DNA of 64,000 nt, taken from assembly GCA_965227275.1 (NCBI GenBank), contig CBDDFU010000001.1:5050237-5114236 (forward strand), given 5' to 3'. A model generated the notes under the pieces. That model saw nothing but the letters and a program-made list of their open reading frames with translations, had not been told where the DNA came from and made no database searches. Source of the stretch: Pirellulales bacterium (GTDB lineage Bacteria; Planctomycetota; Planctomycetia; Pirellulales; JAEUIK01). The position numbers and the translations under genes were made by a program. Each line of letters opens with the position of its first letter. The first letter of the stretch is position 1. Below are positions 33,457 to 44,400 of the stretch, one piece after another.

Positions 33457-36435
33457 TCAACGTACGAAAATAAACTCTTTGAGGTTGAAGGTTACATGGC
33501 ACAAGTCGGTCCAAGCCCTCAATTCGTTGCCTTCATGGTTTTGCAAACGTTGCTCAACGAACTCCACCGCGGCGGCCAATTCATCTTCGGCAGGTGGCCG
33601 AGAGAACGCACGTTCGTACATGGCCGTGATTCGTTCAGAAGGTTCGGTGGCGGGTGCTTGAAGAATCTGCTTCGCCCAGGCTTCAGATAGCGACTGAACC
33701 AAGGGGTTGTTCAACATGATGAGGGCCTGCGCGGGAACGTTTGAAGCTCCACGCCGCCCGATGGTGGTGAAGGGCTCGGGGTAATCGAACGCCAGCAGCA
33801 AAGGCGTGAGGAAATTCCGTCGTACGTTGATGTAGACACTCCGCCGCCCGTTGCCATCAAGCGGCCCCGATTTTCCCGGACGACCGCGACCCGACATGAA
33901 AGGTGTTAAGTACGGAGGCACACTCGGCCCAAACATCTCCAGGTTGAGTGAGCCCGACACTGCGAGGAGTGAGTCGCGAATGGCTTCTCCTTCCAGCCGC
34001 CGAATCGGCATGCGATGCAGTAGCCGATTTGTTGGGTCTCGTTCGTCCGCCGCCGCGGAAGCACGGCTCGCCATGCGGTAGGTACTGGAGAGGAGCAACA
34101 TGCGATGAAGTTTCTTCAACGACCAGCCATCGCGAGTGAATTGGCCTGCCAGGAAATCGAGCAGCTCGGGGTGTGTCGGTTCCTCGCCCAATTCGCCAAA
34201 GTTGTCGCTGGTTGCAACCAGCCCAACCCCGAAATGGTGTTGCCAAACACGGTTGACCATTACCCGCGACACTAACGGGCGACCTTCGTTGAGCATGCGA
34301 TTGGCCAGCGCCAGGCGACCGCAGTCTTCGTCGAGAGGCTGTTGGTCGTCGCCCGCCAATACGCTGAGTAAGCGACGGGAAACGACGTCGCCCAAGCGTC
34401 GGTGACTGCCGCGGATATGCACACGTTCGTCTTCCGGGGTGCCATCGGCCATGGCCGGTGCTCGGCGCGAAGGGCGCAGTTGGGTGCGAAGTTCCGCGAT
34501 TCGTCGATCGAGTTCGACAATCGCTTCGTTTTCCACGTTTGCCGATGGTGAGGACGACAGGGTCGAAGAAAAAGCTTCGACATCAATCGATGCGGCGTCC
34601 GGCGGAGGTGCAGCACCGCCAAACATCACCCTGTCGACCACGATCGATTCGCTGTTGTCATCGATGATCTCGATGTAGGCCTTGTGATCCTGGTAGTCGG
34701 TCAGGTCTTGCGAGAGCCAGGCAAACTGAGAAGGTTGATCGACCTTGAGCCGCAATGATCCGTGCAGCGGGCCGTTGACCAGCCGATGGGAATCGACCAC
34801 CGTATTGATGGTTCCTTTGCCCGTGACGCGGTACCAGACACGGGTGTGGCCGATCGTGAATGTCGGGGAGCGTATCACGCCCTGGAGTTGACCGGCATAG
34901 CGACCGCTGTCGGCCAGGCCCCCCTCGACATATCCGGACAATGACCGTCCGCTGTACAAGATCGACTCCGGGTTATTTGGACCCGGCCCGAACGCCAGCC
35001 CGGTCACGTACCAAGGCGCGAAGTCCTGTTCGTCGAATGTTGCGTAGGCTAGATAATCCGTTGGCTGCGGATCAGGCTCGACCGTCTGATTATCGCTTTC
35101 GGGTTGTCCCGCCGGTGTCTCCGTCGAACTCACCGCCTGAAGTGCCAGATTGGCTCGCTCTTCCTGAAGCCGTTGAATCTCGTCGATGATGGCCAGGTTG
35201 GGGGCAGGGTCGTCGATGAATGCTTGTTGGTACCGGCTGCTCTGCAGGAACCCGGCCAGTGCGTAGTAGTCTTCTGTGGCAATGGGGTCGAACTTGTGGT
35301 CATGGCATCGAGCGCAGGCCACCGTGATACCCATGAAGGTCTTACTTAGCACATCGATCTGGTTATCGATGCGCTCGGCTTCATCGCCCCGAATGTCGAC
35401 CGGCGAGTGTTTCCCCTCGCCGAGATGGAAAAATCCGGTGCCAAGGATCGACTCGTTAAAACCCTCGACAGGATGGCGTCGCGGCTCGCTCAGCATGTCG
35501 CCCGCGAGGTGCTCGGTCAGAAACTGGTCGTAAGGCAGATCATCATTCAAGGCGCGAATCACATAGTCGCGATAGCGAAATGCCCCTGGGATGTCGTAGT
35601 CGAACTCGTGGCCGTAGGTCTCCGCAAAGCGAACCAGGTCGAGCCAGTGCCGACCCCAGCGTTCGCCATATTGCGGGGAATCGAGCAGGCGATCGACGAT
35701 TTTTTCGAAAGCAACCGGCGAATCGTCATCGAGGAACGCTGCGACTTCTTCAGGGGTAGGAGGGAGCCCGATCAAGTCGAAGCTGACCCGTCGAATGAAG
35801 GTTCGACGATCGGCCGCTTTGGCAGGAGATAGCCCTTCTTGCTCCAGTCTCGACAGAATGAAGTAGTCGATGGGCTGTCGCGGCCAAGTGGCATATTCGA
35901 CTTCCGGAAGGGACGGGTTCAACAGTGGGTGGAAGGCCCACAAGTCCCGCTCAAGAACCGACTCGGCGGCATGGTCGTACTCAGTGGCTGGGGTTAGTTC
36001 GCCGGGCCAAGGTGCACCAATCTTCACCCACTTCACCAGCGCCGCGACCGCCTCATCCGGCAACTTCCCATCCGGCGGCATCTGAAAGCCATCGGGGCCA
36101 TATTCGACGGCTTCGATCAGCAGGCTTTCGCTGGGGTGTCCCGGCTTGACTGCTGGCCCGTTGTCGCCACCTTTGAGAATCTTCGAACGACCATCCAGCT
36201 TCAGCCCGCCCTCTTCGGCTTCAGGACCGTGGCAATCGTGGCAATGCTCGACCAGCAGAGGCCGGATCTCGCGTTCGAAGAACTCGATATCCTCAGGCTG
36301 GAATTGCGATTGCACCGTCGTGTCAGCCGTCTTCTCTGCGTTGCCCGGGGTTTCGGACGCCTCACCATGCGATGCGCAAATCACCACGATCGTGGCGGCA
36401 ATGACATTCAGGAGCCGGGGCATACTCGCGATCAC
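33457..36435 (-). CDS. PSCyt/DUF1549/DUF1553 (PSD1) family protein
   Basis: 992 aa. N-terminal planctomycete cytochrome c motif CHDCHG. FIRRVSFDLIGLPPTPEEV (DUF1549). CARCHDHKFDPI (DUF1553). Confidence 0.85.
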   Translation of the reverse strand: MIASMPRLLNVIAATIVVICASHGEASETPGNAEKTADTTVQSQFQPEDIEFFEREIRPLLVEHCHDCHGPEAEEGGLKLDGRSKILKGGDNGPAVKPGHPSESLLIEAVEYGPDGFQMPPDGKLPDEAVAALVKWVKIGAPWPGELTPATEYDHAAESVLERDLWAFHPLLNPSLPEVEYATWPRQPIDYFILSRLEQEGLSPAKAADRRTFIRRVSFDLIGLPPTPEEVAAFLDDDSPVAFEKIVDRLLDSPQYGERWGRHWLDLVRFAETYGHEFDYDIPGAFRYRDYVIRALNDDLPYDQFLTEHLAGDMLSEPRRHPVEGFNESILGTGFFHLGEGKHSPVDIRGDEAERIDNQIDVLSKTFMGITVACARCHDHKFDPIATEDYYALAGFLQSSRYQQAFIDDPAPNLAIIDEIQRLQEERANLALQAVSSTETPAGQPESDNQTVEPDPQPTDYLAYATFDEQDFAPWYVTGLAFGPGPNNPESILYSGRSLSGYVEGGLADSGRYAGQLQGVIRSPTFTIGHTRVWYRVTGKGTINTVVDSHRLVNGPLHGSLRLKVDQPSQFAWLSQDLTDYQDHKAYIEIIDDNSESIVVDRVMFGGAAPPPDAASIDVEAFSSTLSSSPSANVENEAIVELDRRIAELRTQLRPSRRAPAMADGTPEDERVHIRGSHRRLGDVVSRRLLSVLAGDDQQPLDEDCGRLALANRMLNEGRPLVSRVMVNRVWQHHFGVGLVATSDNFGELGEEPTHPELLDFLAGQFTRDGWSLKKLHRMLLLSSTYRMASRASAAADERDPTNRLLHRMPIRRLEGEAIRDSLLAVSGSLNLEMFGPSVPPYLTPFMSGRGRPGKSGPLDGNGRRSVYINVRRNFLTPLLLAFDYPEPFTTIGRRGASNVPAQALIMLNNPLVQSLSEAWAKQILQAPATEPSERITAMYERAFSRPPAEDELAAAVEFVEQRLQNHEGNELRAWTDLCHVTFNLKEFIFVR

Positions 36436-36759
36436 TTTCAGGTTCTCACGCGTTCTCTACGGTGGGTGGGGGGGCGCAAGGCAGGACACGCATTATAGCG
36501 GAAAATGTCATGAAATGCCCGCAATGACGCAGTGATTCCGGGACATAACGCGAGTCGTAAACCCAAAGCCCGCAATCGTCTATGCAACAGAGGGAAGTCT
36601 CATCGATCGGGCCTCGTAGCATTTCCGATGCCAACGCGCTTTGAATCTTAGGACGAACTCACCCTCTGGGGTGAAATCGGGGGCAGCCGCAACTGAAAGC
36701 GAGTACCGACACTTCCCGCACGCATCGGAACCAAGAGACCACTTGGCAGAGTACTGATC

Positions 36760-37590
36760 ATGTCCAGTTTTCAAATGACCGACTCACAACTTCTGCTCGA
36801 CGCTCGCTTGCCTAGCCTGATCGAGAGCACCATTTCCTGGCAACGCGATGCAGCTCAGCGGAGAGAGCAGAAGGAGCGTGCTCGCCAGATTCGAAGATGT
36901 GAACCGGTGGTTGCGTTCAACGCGAATATCGCGGCTGCCAGCGATGGTGGGGTTGCCATCCGATTCGCCGAAGAGATTGCGAACACCGCCAGCCATGCAC
37001 TTGGAATGGCGTTCAGCATCCTGGCTTCTATTCCGTTGATGGTGTTTGCCGGCTCGACCGGGTCGATCTTTCACATCATCGCTTGTGCCGTTTACGGCGT
37101 AACAGCATTGACCCTATACACGGCATCGACGCTGTACCACGCTGCGGTGGACAGTCAGCTCAAGCGAAAACTACAGCGGTTCGACCACGTCGGCATCTAC
37201 CTCTTCATCGCCGGTTCGTACACGCCGTTTCTGTTAACAGCGCTGCGAGGTCCCTTGGGCTGGACGTTGCTGACCGCAATTTGGGCGATCGCGGCAGTAG
37301 GGATTTGGGTGAAGTGCACGTCGACCAAACCATTCACCACGATGTCGGCGGTGCCGTACGTGGCCATGGGGTGGCTAGTCGTGTTCGCCATCAAGCCGCT
37401 GATTGCCAGCCTGCCGTTCGATGCCTTCGCCTGGCTAGTGGCTGGCGGGCTCTTCTACACAGCGGGCGTGTATTACTACGTCCGCGATAGCAAGCCCTAC
37501 AACCACTTCATCTGGCATCTGTTCGTGCTGGCCGGAAGCGTATGCCATTTCCTATCCATCACCGCAACGGTGACGGCAACCGCGCCGTAG
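36760..37590 (+). CDS. hemolysin III / PAQR family membrane protein
   Basis: Seven hydrophobic helices. EEIANTASHALG, YHA...D and the C-terminal HFIWHLFVLAGSVCHF motif. The conserved core begins near residue 70, so the true start may be downstream, e.g. GTG near 36907. Confidence 0.75.
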   Translation: MSSFQMTDSQLLLDARLPSLIESTISWQRDAAQRREQKERARQIRRCEPVVAFNANIAAASDGGVAIRFAEEIANTASHALGMAFSILASIPLMVFAGSTGSIFHIIACAVYGVTALTLYTASTLYHAAVDSQLKRKLQRFDHVGIYLFIAGSYTPFLLTALRGPLGWTLLTAIWAIAAVGIWVKCTSTKPFTTMSAVPYVAMGWLVVFAIKPLIASLPFDAFAWLVAGGLFYTAGVYYYVRDSKPYNHFIWHLFVLAGSVCHFLSITATVTATAP

Positions 37591-37623
37591 ACCCACGAAG
37601 CGAGGATGATGGGCTGGAGTTGC

Positions 37624-40074
37624 TTACAGCTTGCCTGTACGACTGATTCCCCAAGTGGGGATCTCTTCGCTGAAGCTGAAGCGACGGTGAGAGTAGGCCA
37701 GTTCGATCTCTCGCACCTGACGATTCTCGTCGCCTTTCACGACTAGCAGCTTGTTGAGTTCGACACCTTGGTCTTGCAGCTTGGCGATCCAGCGACTTTC
37801 GCCCACCGAGGGGAACATCAACCGACTGAAGTAGGCTCTGGTCTCCACCGCATTGAAGGGACGAAGGATCAACGCCGCGTCGGCAGCATAGCGAGCACGG
37901 CGGTTGGTGATCAGTGAGGTCGGATCACTGGTGGACGAAGAGATTGTCTCCGCGTCGCAAAGCCCGATCACCGTGCGGTCATCGCCATGGTCGCGAAGTC
38001 TTCGCAACTGGTCGATGGCCCAGTCCTCCTTCGGAGATATGGCACTTTGACTTAACGCCGCGACCGGGAGATCGTCTACCACCACGATCGCTCGTTTGAC
38101 GCAGGCGGTGGTTTCCGCGGCATCGACCTGCTGCGAAAGTTGCTCGAAGCTGGCGTCGGGGCATTCTTCGCGGTCGATCAGCACAAACCGCGAGCCAAGC
38201 TGGGTAAGCCGCTCGCGGGCCGTGGCCAGTCGATCGCGATACGTGGTGGCATGCCCGTTCTGGAGGGTTTCGGAGCGAACAAAAGTGTTCCAATCGATTC
38301 CGGCCAGTCGACACAGCACGCGAGTCATCACATGTTGCTTCGGCTGGTCGAACGAAAAACAACAGAACACGGTGTCTTGGTGCTGCGTGATCGCATCAAT
38401 GCCCAACTGGATGGCCAGGCTCAGCTTGTCGACCTGAGGACCACCGGCCAGCAGTGTAAGCCCTCGCAAACCATTCAAGTAGCGATCCAAGCTTGGCAAG
38501 GTTCGTTGAGTAAGGCCGAGGTGCCGATACCCGGACCGGCTGGCCAGCCAAGCCTCGTGTTGGGCGAGTTCATCGACCACGGGCGAGGCGATCGGTGTTG
38601 CTGGAAGCGGTCGCGGCTCGGGTTTGGGAATCGTGGTCTGGACGGGCTGAAAACGAGTTTCGCTCACGTTGGAATCTTCGTAATTGAGCATGTCGATTGC
38701 CGGGGTCACAACCGTTTGAGGTGCCCTGCGACGCAAAGAAGCCAGGCGTGAGGCCAAAGGCAATTCGCGAATGAGGACCGGCCAGAAGTGCTGATCCAGT
38801 TGAACCAGCTGAGTCTCGGCGGCCAAAGCGTCGAACTCGAGGGCTTCGATCAGGGCAGAGCGTTGCGATTCGTCGGTCCAGCCCTGCGGTGGGCGATGGC
38901 GATCCAGCAGTATTCTGGCGTGTAGGTGGAAGAGGTGCTCGCGACGCGAAAGCAAGTTTCGTTGGGCAGTGCGATCGCTTCGCAGGAACCATTCGTGCCA
39001 GGTTTCACAATCGGCCAGCAACTCAGGTTCCAGGACATGGGCTAAAGGGGATTCGGTCGACTGGACCAGTGACTCGGCAGCGACATGAAGGCTTTCGACT
39101 ACGTCGGCTTCCCGATCGATGGCCAGGGTCACTCGTTTCACACCGTGCCGAGAGAGGCCTTCCCAACGCTTGCGAGTCATTAGCGATGCCCCTCCAGCGA
39201 TGGCGGCCACGTTGCGAACGTTGCGACGATGAAGTGACACGGCTTCGACGAGCCCTTGAATCAGAATTAACTCGTTGCTGCCGCCTGCTTCGCGAGTGAG
39301 TGCGACATCCAAGCCGAAGGCAACCGGACGCGCGCCGCCACCCAAATTGAGATAGCGGCGACTGGTGTGACTCTCGTCAAAGAGTTCCAACGCGAAGAAG
39401 GTGGTGATCGGGCCCTGCGGATTGCGGGCGGGACCAATGATGCAATGGTTCAACTGGCCGTGGCACAGCAACGCCGAACGGTCGATGTCCTCCTGGCGAA
39501 AACCGGAGGCCAACAGACGTGACTGCATGTCTTCCGCGTTGGTGTAGTAACCCAGCGGGAGTTGACCGATGGCCTGGGCGTCGAGCCCGGTCAGCCGCGC
39601 TAGGTATTGGCGGGCCCCTTCGGCCGCGGCGTCTTCATCCAGCAGTCTCTTTGCAATTTGGAAGAAACGGTCGTTCAGCTTGTTGTATTGCTCACCTTGG
39701 TGACGAGTCGGTACGGTGAAGCTTTCCAGGCCGACCAGCGGCGATGCATCCACCCCAGCAAGTTCGGCCAGGTGGCGAACCGCAGAAACGTATTCGGCAC
39801 CTTGGGGATTCCGCCCACCATTCACGTAGGCCAGCCATGTCATTTCGGGGCGACCGCTGACGGAAAATCCATCTGCGTCGGGGCAAGTGACCATCTCGTG
39901 GGGTCGGCCTCCCGCTCGTACGTAGCTGTGCTGATTGTCTGCAACCCAGCCACCTTCGGTACGTCGCCAGTGAAACTCGGGAAAAGCCAGGTCGAGTCGT
40001 TCGATCAGCCTCGGTAGAACTTCGCGGTGGTAGAACTCTGAGACACTGGTGGCGCTGGTGGTGGCTACGGACAT
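37624..40074 (-). CDS. DnaG-like Toprim domain fused to DnaB/RecA-like C-terminal domain, catalytic motifs degenerate
   Basis: 816 aa. RYLNLGG...AFGLD and ELILIQGLVEAVSLHRRNVRNVAAIAGGASL align to my recollection of the DnaG core and Toprim. LAIDREAD sits where DnaG has DGDxAG. The C-terminal LTLLAGGPQVDKLSLAIQLG sits where DnaB has its Walker A, and VVVDDL is Walker-B-like. No N-terminal zinc finger. Confidence 0.55.
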   Translation of the reverse strand: MSVATTSATSVSEFYHREVLPRLIERLDLAFPEFHWRRTEGGWVADNQHSYVRAGGRPHEMVTCPDADGFSVSGRPEMTWLAYVNGGRNPQGAEYVSAVRHLAELAGVDASPLVGLESFTVPTRHQGEQYNKLNDRFFQIAKRLLDEDAAAEGARQYLARLTGLDAQAIGQLPLGYYTNAEDMQSRLLASGFRQEDIDRSALLCHGQLNHCIIGPARNPQGPITTFFALELFDESHTSRRYLNLGGGARPVAFGLDVALTREAGGSNELILIQGLVEAVSLHRRNVRNVAAIAGGASLMTRKRWEGLSRHGVKRVTLAIDREADVVESLHVAAESLVQSTESPLAHVLEPELLADCETWHEWFLRSDRTAQRNLLSRREHLFHLHARILLDRHRPPQGWTDESQRSALIEALEFDALAAETQLVQLDQHFWPVLIRELPLASRLASLRRRAPQTVVTPAIDMLNYEDSNVSETRFQPVQTTIPKPEPRPLPATPIASPVVDELAQHEAWLASRSGYRHLGLTQRTLPSLDRYLNGLRGLTLLAGGPQVDKLSLAIQLGIDAITQHQDTVFCCFSFDQPKQHVMTRVLCRLAGIDWNTFVRSETLQNGHATTYRDRLATARERLTQLGSRFVLIDREECPDASFEQLSQQVDAAETTACVKRAIVVVDDLPVAALSQSAISPKEDWAIDQLRRLRDHGDDRTVIGLCDAETISSSTSDPTSLITNRRARYAADAALILRPFNAVETRAYFSRLMFPSVGESRWIAKLQDQGVELNKLLVVKGDENRQVREIELAYSHRRFSFSEEIPTWGISRTGKL

Positions 40075-40211
40075 GGCAAAGAATCCCTTCTATGCGAATG
40101 GTTATTTGTTTTGGCAGTAGCGAACCAAGTGGCTTACTGCCAGTGCGTTGCTCGCCGTGCGGTGGCGGGCATGGAAAATGTGTCGAGGTAGGCGAATACG
40201 ATGCGGGGTGC

Positions 40212-41159
40212 TTAAGGCTTCCAAATTACTAAGAGTGCAGTGCTCAGGTCATTATGCTTTCGCCCATTGGGCGTACTGTCGTAGCGGTCGATTACAGCCA
40301 GCTTCAGGCTGATGTCCATGGGGCCGTCCAGGGCAATTTCCCAGCCGGCATTCGTATTGATACGGAAGTCGGTGAATTCAGACCATTCCGGGTAGTAGTC
40401 CACCGTGGTGCTGAGCTTCTGCGAATCGGTGATGCACCACTCGAAGTCGCCGCCAAAACTCGCTTCTGGGATGTATCTGTCGTCCGGACCACCGATTTCG
40501 CGAGACACACCAGAACCGAAGCTACCTGAAAGTTGGAGCCGCTCGGTATCGACAAACTGATACCCGACACCGGCATGCGTTGCGAGTCTGATGTCGAATG
40601 CCCGAAACTGGTCGTATTCCAAGGAGCCCGTTACGAATACATTCCAGGGAGACTCACCCAGGAACCATTCATTCCGGCCGTTAAGGATGGCCTGGTTTTC
40701 GTTTTCCACGCCATTGTTTGAACCTTTGGCGTATTGCAGTTTGAGCGAGAAGACGTTCTCTTCGGTCTTTCGCTTCGCATTAGCCCCCACCTGCATGCTC
40801 AACGTTTCGGTGTTACCTGCGGTGTTATTCAGGCCGAATTGAAAACCGAGATCCCACAGCGGCGGCAAGATCCACGTCGTGGGTTGGTACCAAATCACTT
40901 CGGGCACTGGTTCCAACTCGGCGAGCACTTCCTCCGGGTCGCCATCGTCTTCAGCAGGAGCATCCTCGGCGGGGATTTCCTCGGGCACGACTTCCTCTTC
41001 CATCGTGGTTTCCGCCACCGGGTCGACAACCGCCTCGGCAGGTGGAAGACGAAAAATGGGCCACTGGGTAACGTCCGCAAAACCCTGGCCGCGCGCATCG
41101 ACAGCAAACGCAATCAAAAACAGTGCCAAGAAAAACGAAGTCCGACTCAAATGAAGCAC
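40212..41159 (-). CDS. DUF481-family outer-membrane beta-barrel protein
   Basis: 315 aa with a signal peptide and an acidic Pro/Glu-rich linker. The alternating beta-strand pattern ends in LLVIWKP. It resembles the YdiY/DUF481 family. Confidence 0.65.
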   Translation of the reverse strand: MLHLSRTSFFLALFLIAFAVDARGQGFADVTQWPIFRLPPAEAVVDPVAETTMEEEVVPEEIPAEDAPAEDDGDPEEVLAELEPVPEVIWYQPTTWILPPLWDLGFQFGLNNTAGNTETLSMQVGANAKRKTEENVFSLKLQYAKGSNNGVENENQAILNGRNEWFLGESPWNVFVTGSLEYDQFRAFDIRLATHAGVGYQFVDTERLQLSGSFGSGVSREIGGPDDRYIPEASFGGDFEWCITDSQKLSTTVDYYPEWSEFTDFRINTNAGWEIALDGPMDISLKLAVIDRYDSTPNGRKHNDLSTALLVIWKP

Positions 41160-41423
41160 CTCTGCTGGCAGCCGTGTCTATTGAATTCCAGCGAAGCATA
41201 CGGAAATTCAATCGAGCCAGGCAAGGTCAGTCTGAGGGCTGCTAAGTTGAGTCACACCAACGCGAATGGCAGCTAGCAGTGGTTTTGCCACCCGAGGCCT
41301 GCATGTTGACCTTGTCTAGGTGTTTGAGGGCCACGAATGCGCAACCGAAACCGGTCATGAGGTTGGGCGGATTGCCCGGGCAACCGAGTGAATGCTAGCG
41401 GATTGAGGGGACTAATTGCGCTG

Positions 41424-44400
41424 CTAGCTGGGGTCGCCCACCAGCACGAAGCTGGCCCAGAAGAACGGATGGGCTGCTTCCTCCGTGGCACGGCGGCGTT
41501 CGATCACCGATAGCTGAGCTTCGCGTAGCGCATCCAGCTTCGATTTGCCTGCCGCAAGTTCCTGGTAGAAACGCTGCATCAACAGTCGCGTTTCGTTGTC
41601 GGGCACTTTGAACAAGCTGGTTACCAGTGCATGCGCTCCGGCATGGAAGAATGATCGCCGAAGACCGAACACCCCTTCCCGGGTGGAGATGTCTCCGAGC
41701 CCGCTTTCGCAAGCACTGAGCACGACCATTTCGGTTCCGTTGAGATCGAGCATGGCGATCTCGGCAGCCGTGACCCAACCGTCTTCTGCGGCGGCAGATT
41801 CCTCGCCCGATGAGATCAAGTCGTTGGCACCTGCTAGAACCAGTCCCGAGCGCATCAACGGGTCGCTGCTATTTCTAAGCCGTGCGAACCCGACAGCGGC
41901 CGCGTAGCGGTCGTCTGTGGGCAGCGTTTCTGGTGCGAATTCTGCTACTTCTTCCTCGCGTTGCTTGATAAAGAACCCGTGTGTCGCCACATGCAGCACG
42001 CGGGGGGAGTGTATTTCTTTGAACAGGTCTTCCAGGGCCGCGTCTCCGACGTGCATCTTCACTGGACCGTAGTCCGTGGATTCGACTGCCTCTTGAACGT
42101 CCGAGGCTTCTTGTTCTGCTCCTGCGAGATGCCGCCAACGCATCGACCGAGTTTCGGTACCGTCGCCCCGCATTGCCAGGGCGAAGGCTGAAGGCACCAT
42201 ATCCCGGAGTTCGTTCGCCTTGTTCACGCGATCTGCCAACAAGAGATCGTAGTTGGGTCCCGCGAATACAGCCGTACCGCGACCGGTCTCCTCGAACGTG
42301 CGGAGGAGATCTCGGCCCGTTGAAAGATGGCCAATGTGCAGGCTCTCGATCAGGTACTTTCCGTCGTTGTCGACCAATGCGGCAAACGGCACCATATGCA
42401 AAGCACGATCTGGTGCAAGCAGAATTGTGGTGGCATTGCCCAGGGCATCGGTTAGCGGCAGAAAAATCTTTCGATACAGTTCGTTGCTTAATTCGGAAAA
42501 GCCAGCTTCCAGGCCGGCTTCGCCAATGACCCGCAATCCTTGGGGTGTGTTTTCCGTTTCTTCGCGAAGTTGTTCGATGAGCGAATCGATTTCGTCCGCA
42601 TCGCCCAAGTCAATCATCTGCACCATCGGGTTTTTTGCATTGATGACAAAGGCAAAGTAATGCTCCGCGGAGAAGTAAGTGGATCCCGGGTCGTTATCGA
42701 AGACCAAGGCTCGGACAAATTCCACCAGCGCCGCTTCCTTGGGTAGTCTTTGTCGGACCTGCTCGGCATTGGGGAGTTCCGCGATTTGCGTGGAGCGCCG
42801 ATTCTGCAACGTGCGACGCAGGCTGGACTCCACCTCTTGGGCTTCTCGTTCGAGCGGTTCCTTAAGGGCCTCGATTTCTGATGGTGTTTTCCCGGCCGGA
42901 GGATTGAGCGCCAGATCGGCGATCTCCTGGCGGAGTTCTCGAAGCCGATTTGCCTCTCGAGCAATCTCGGGTTCCAGGTCGAAGACATCTTCCACGGCTC
43001 GCAGGCGACACATGGTGTCGAGCACCGCGGCTTTGCGGCGGAGTGTCCAATCGAATGCCTTACGCACGGTTGCTTCGTCGCCCTGGGTCGAAGCAGCCAT
43101 CGCAATGAGGTAGTCGAGCTTGTATGCTTGCGCCTGGTGATTCGCCTGAATGTCGCGTTCGGTAAGGGTGCTCAGCCGCTCGACAAGTTTTTGGTCGAGC
43201 AACAGGCTCTGATCCAGGTTTTCGATCGCTTCGGGGACACGATCAGTTGCGTAGCACAACTTTGCCAACCAAAAGTAGCCGCCGGCAATGTCGGTCAAGT
43301 TTTCATCCGGATTCTCAAGCTGTGCTTCGAGCGTGCTTCGGAGCATGGGCTCTGCTTCGGCGTAGTTTCCCTGTCGCACGTAAGTGCGGGCGATGAGACC
43401 TTCCAGTTCGGCGACCACGGGATGCGTTGGCCCGTCGATTTCCTGTCGAATGGCGAGCGAATTGGTGTAGAATTCGAGTGCCTGATCGAGATGTCCTTGG
43501 TTGTAATGAAGATCGCCGAGATTCCTCATCAACATCGCGGCGATCTTCGATCGCTCTCCGGACTGCTTCTGGCGAACTTCGAGAACGTGGAGCATTCGCT
43601 TCTCGGCACCCTCGAAATCCCCGGTGTCAGTTAATAGTACGGCCAGATTGCTCATGCTGTTGAGCGTGTCCGGGTCTTCCTCCCCCAGGGACTCGATTCG
43701 TTTGGTCAGTACATGCTCATACAGTTCTCGAGCCGCCTCAAAGTCTCGCAGGCTCTGATAAAAAATAGCAATCAGGTTGAGCGACTCTAGATAGTTCGAA
43801 TTTTCTTCACCCCGCAGCCGCTGGAAGATATCAGCAGCTTGCCTGGCCAAAGGCAATCCTTGACTGGGGTTGGTAATCTGGTTGTAGAGACCCGCGAGAT
43901 TCATGAGATCTTGGGCGTACCATTCGTGATTTTGGCCATAGATCTCGTTGTCAATTTCGAGTGCTAGTTTCAGGTAATGCTCTGCTTGGGCATACTGACC
44001 AAGACCGCGATACAGGTCGCCAATCTTGGTCACAATGACGGAATAGTCGGGGTGAAGTCTGCCAAGTAGCAATTCGCGTCTCTTCACTGCTTCAGCAAGC
44101 AGCGGCTCGGAAGCGGTACGGTTGCCAATCTCTGTTGCGAACTCGCTCAACTCGATCAATAGCGAAATCGTGTCGCGGTGGTTTTTACCCAGAACTTCCT
44201 CGTAGAGTTCGTAGCCCTTTTGCTTCGAGTTGAACGCTTCGTCGGGCTTGCCCTCTTCGAGCAAATCGTGCGCATGGGCGATGGCCCCGTCCGCGCGTTC
44301 CAGCTTGTCCAACTCGTCATTGTCGAGCGTTGAAAGATGCTTGATTTCGCCAAGGTTCAACTCTGCGTCTGTGAAATGCCAGTGATGGACGCCGTAGAGA

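Noticed and set aside
36446-36774. Small minus-strand ORFs (62 and 64 aa) in the gap upstream of the hemolysin-III gene, one with a CGKC pair
   Set aside because: There is no RBS, no second Cys pair for a zinc ribbon, and the two ORFs overlap each other. They are likely chance ORFs in a promoter region.
38140-38751. 203-aa plus-strand ORF, plus similar long antisense ORFs at 40734..41276, 46542..47105, 46711..47340, 53249..53926 and 60205..60765
   Set aside because: All are embedded antisense or out of frame in genes with strong family signatures. They have a biased Arg/Gly/Pro composition and no motifs.
40113-40141. 7-bp-stem hairpin GGCAGTA...TACTGCC between the DUF481 gene and the DnaG/DnaB-like gene, considered as a terminator
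   Set aside because: On the transcribed (minus) strand the hairpin is followed by an A-rich rather than a U-rich tract, so it does not fit an intrinsic terminator. Its function is undetermined.
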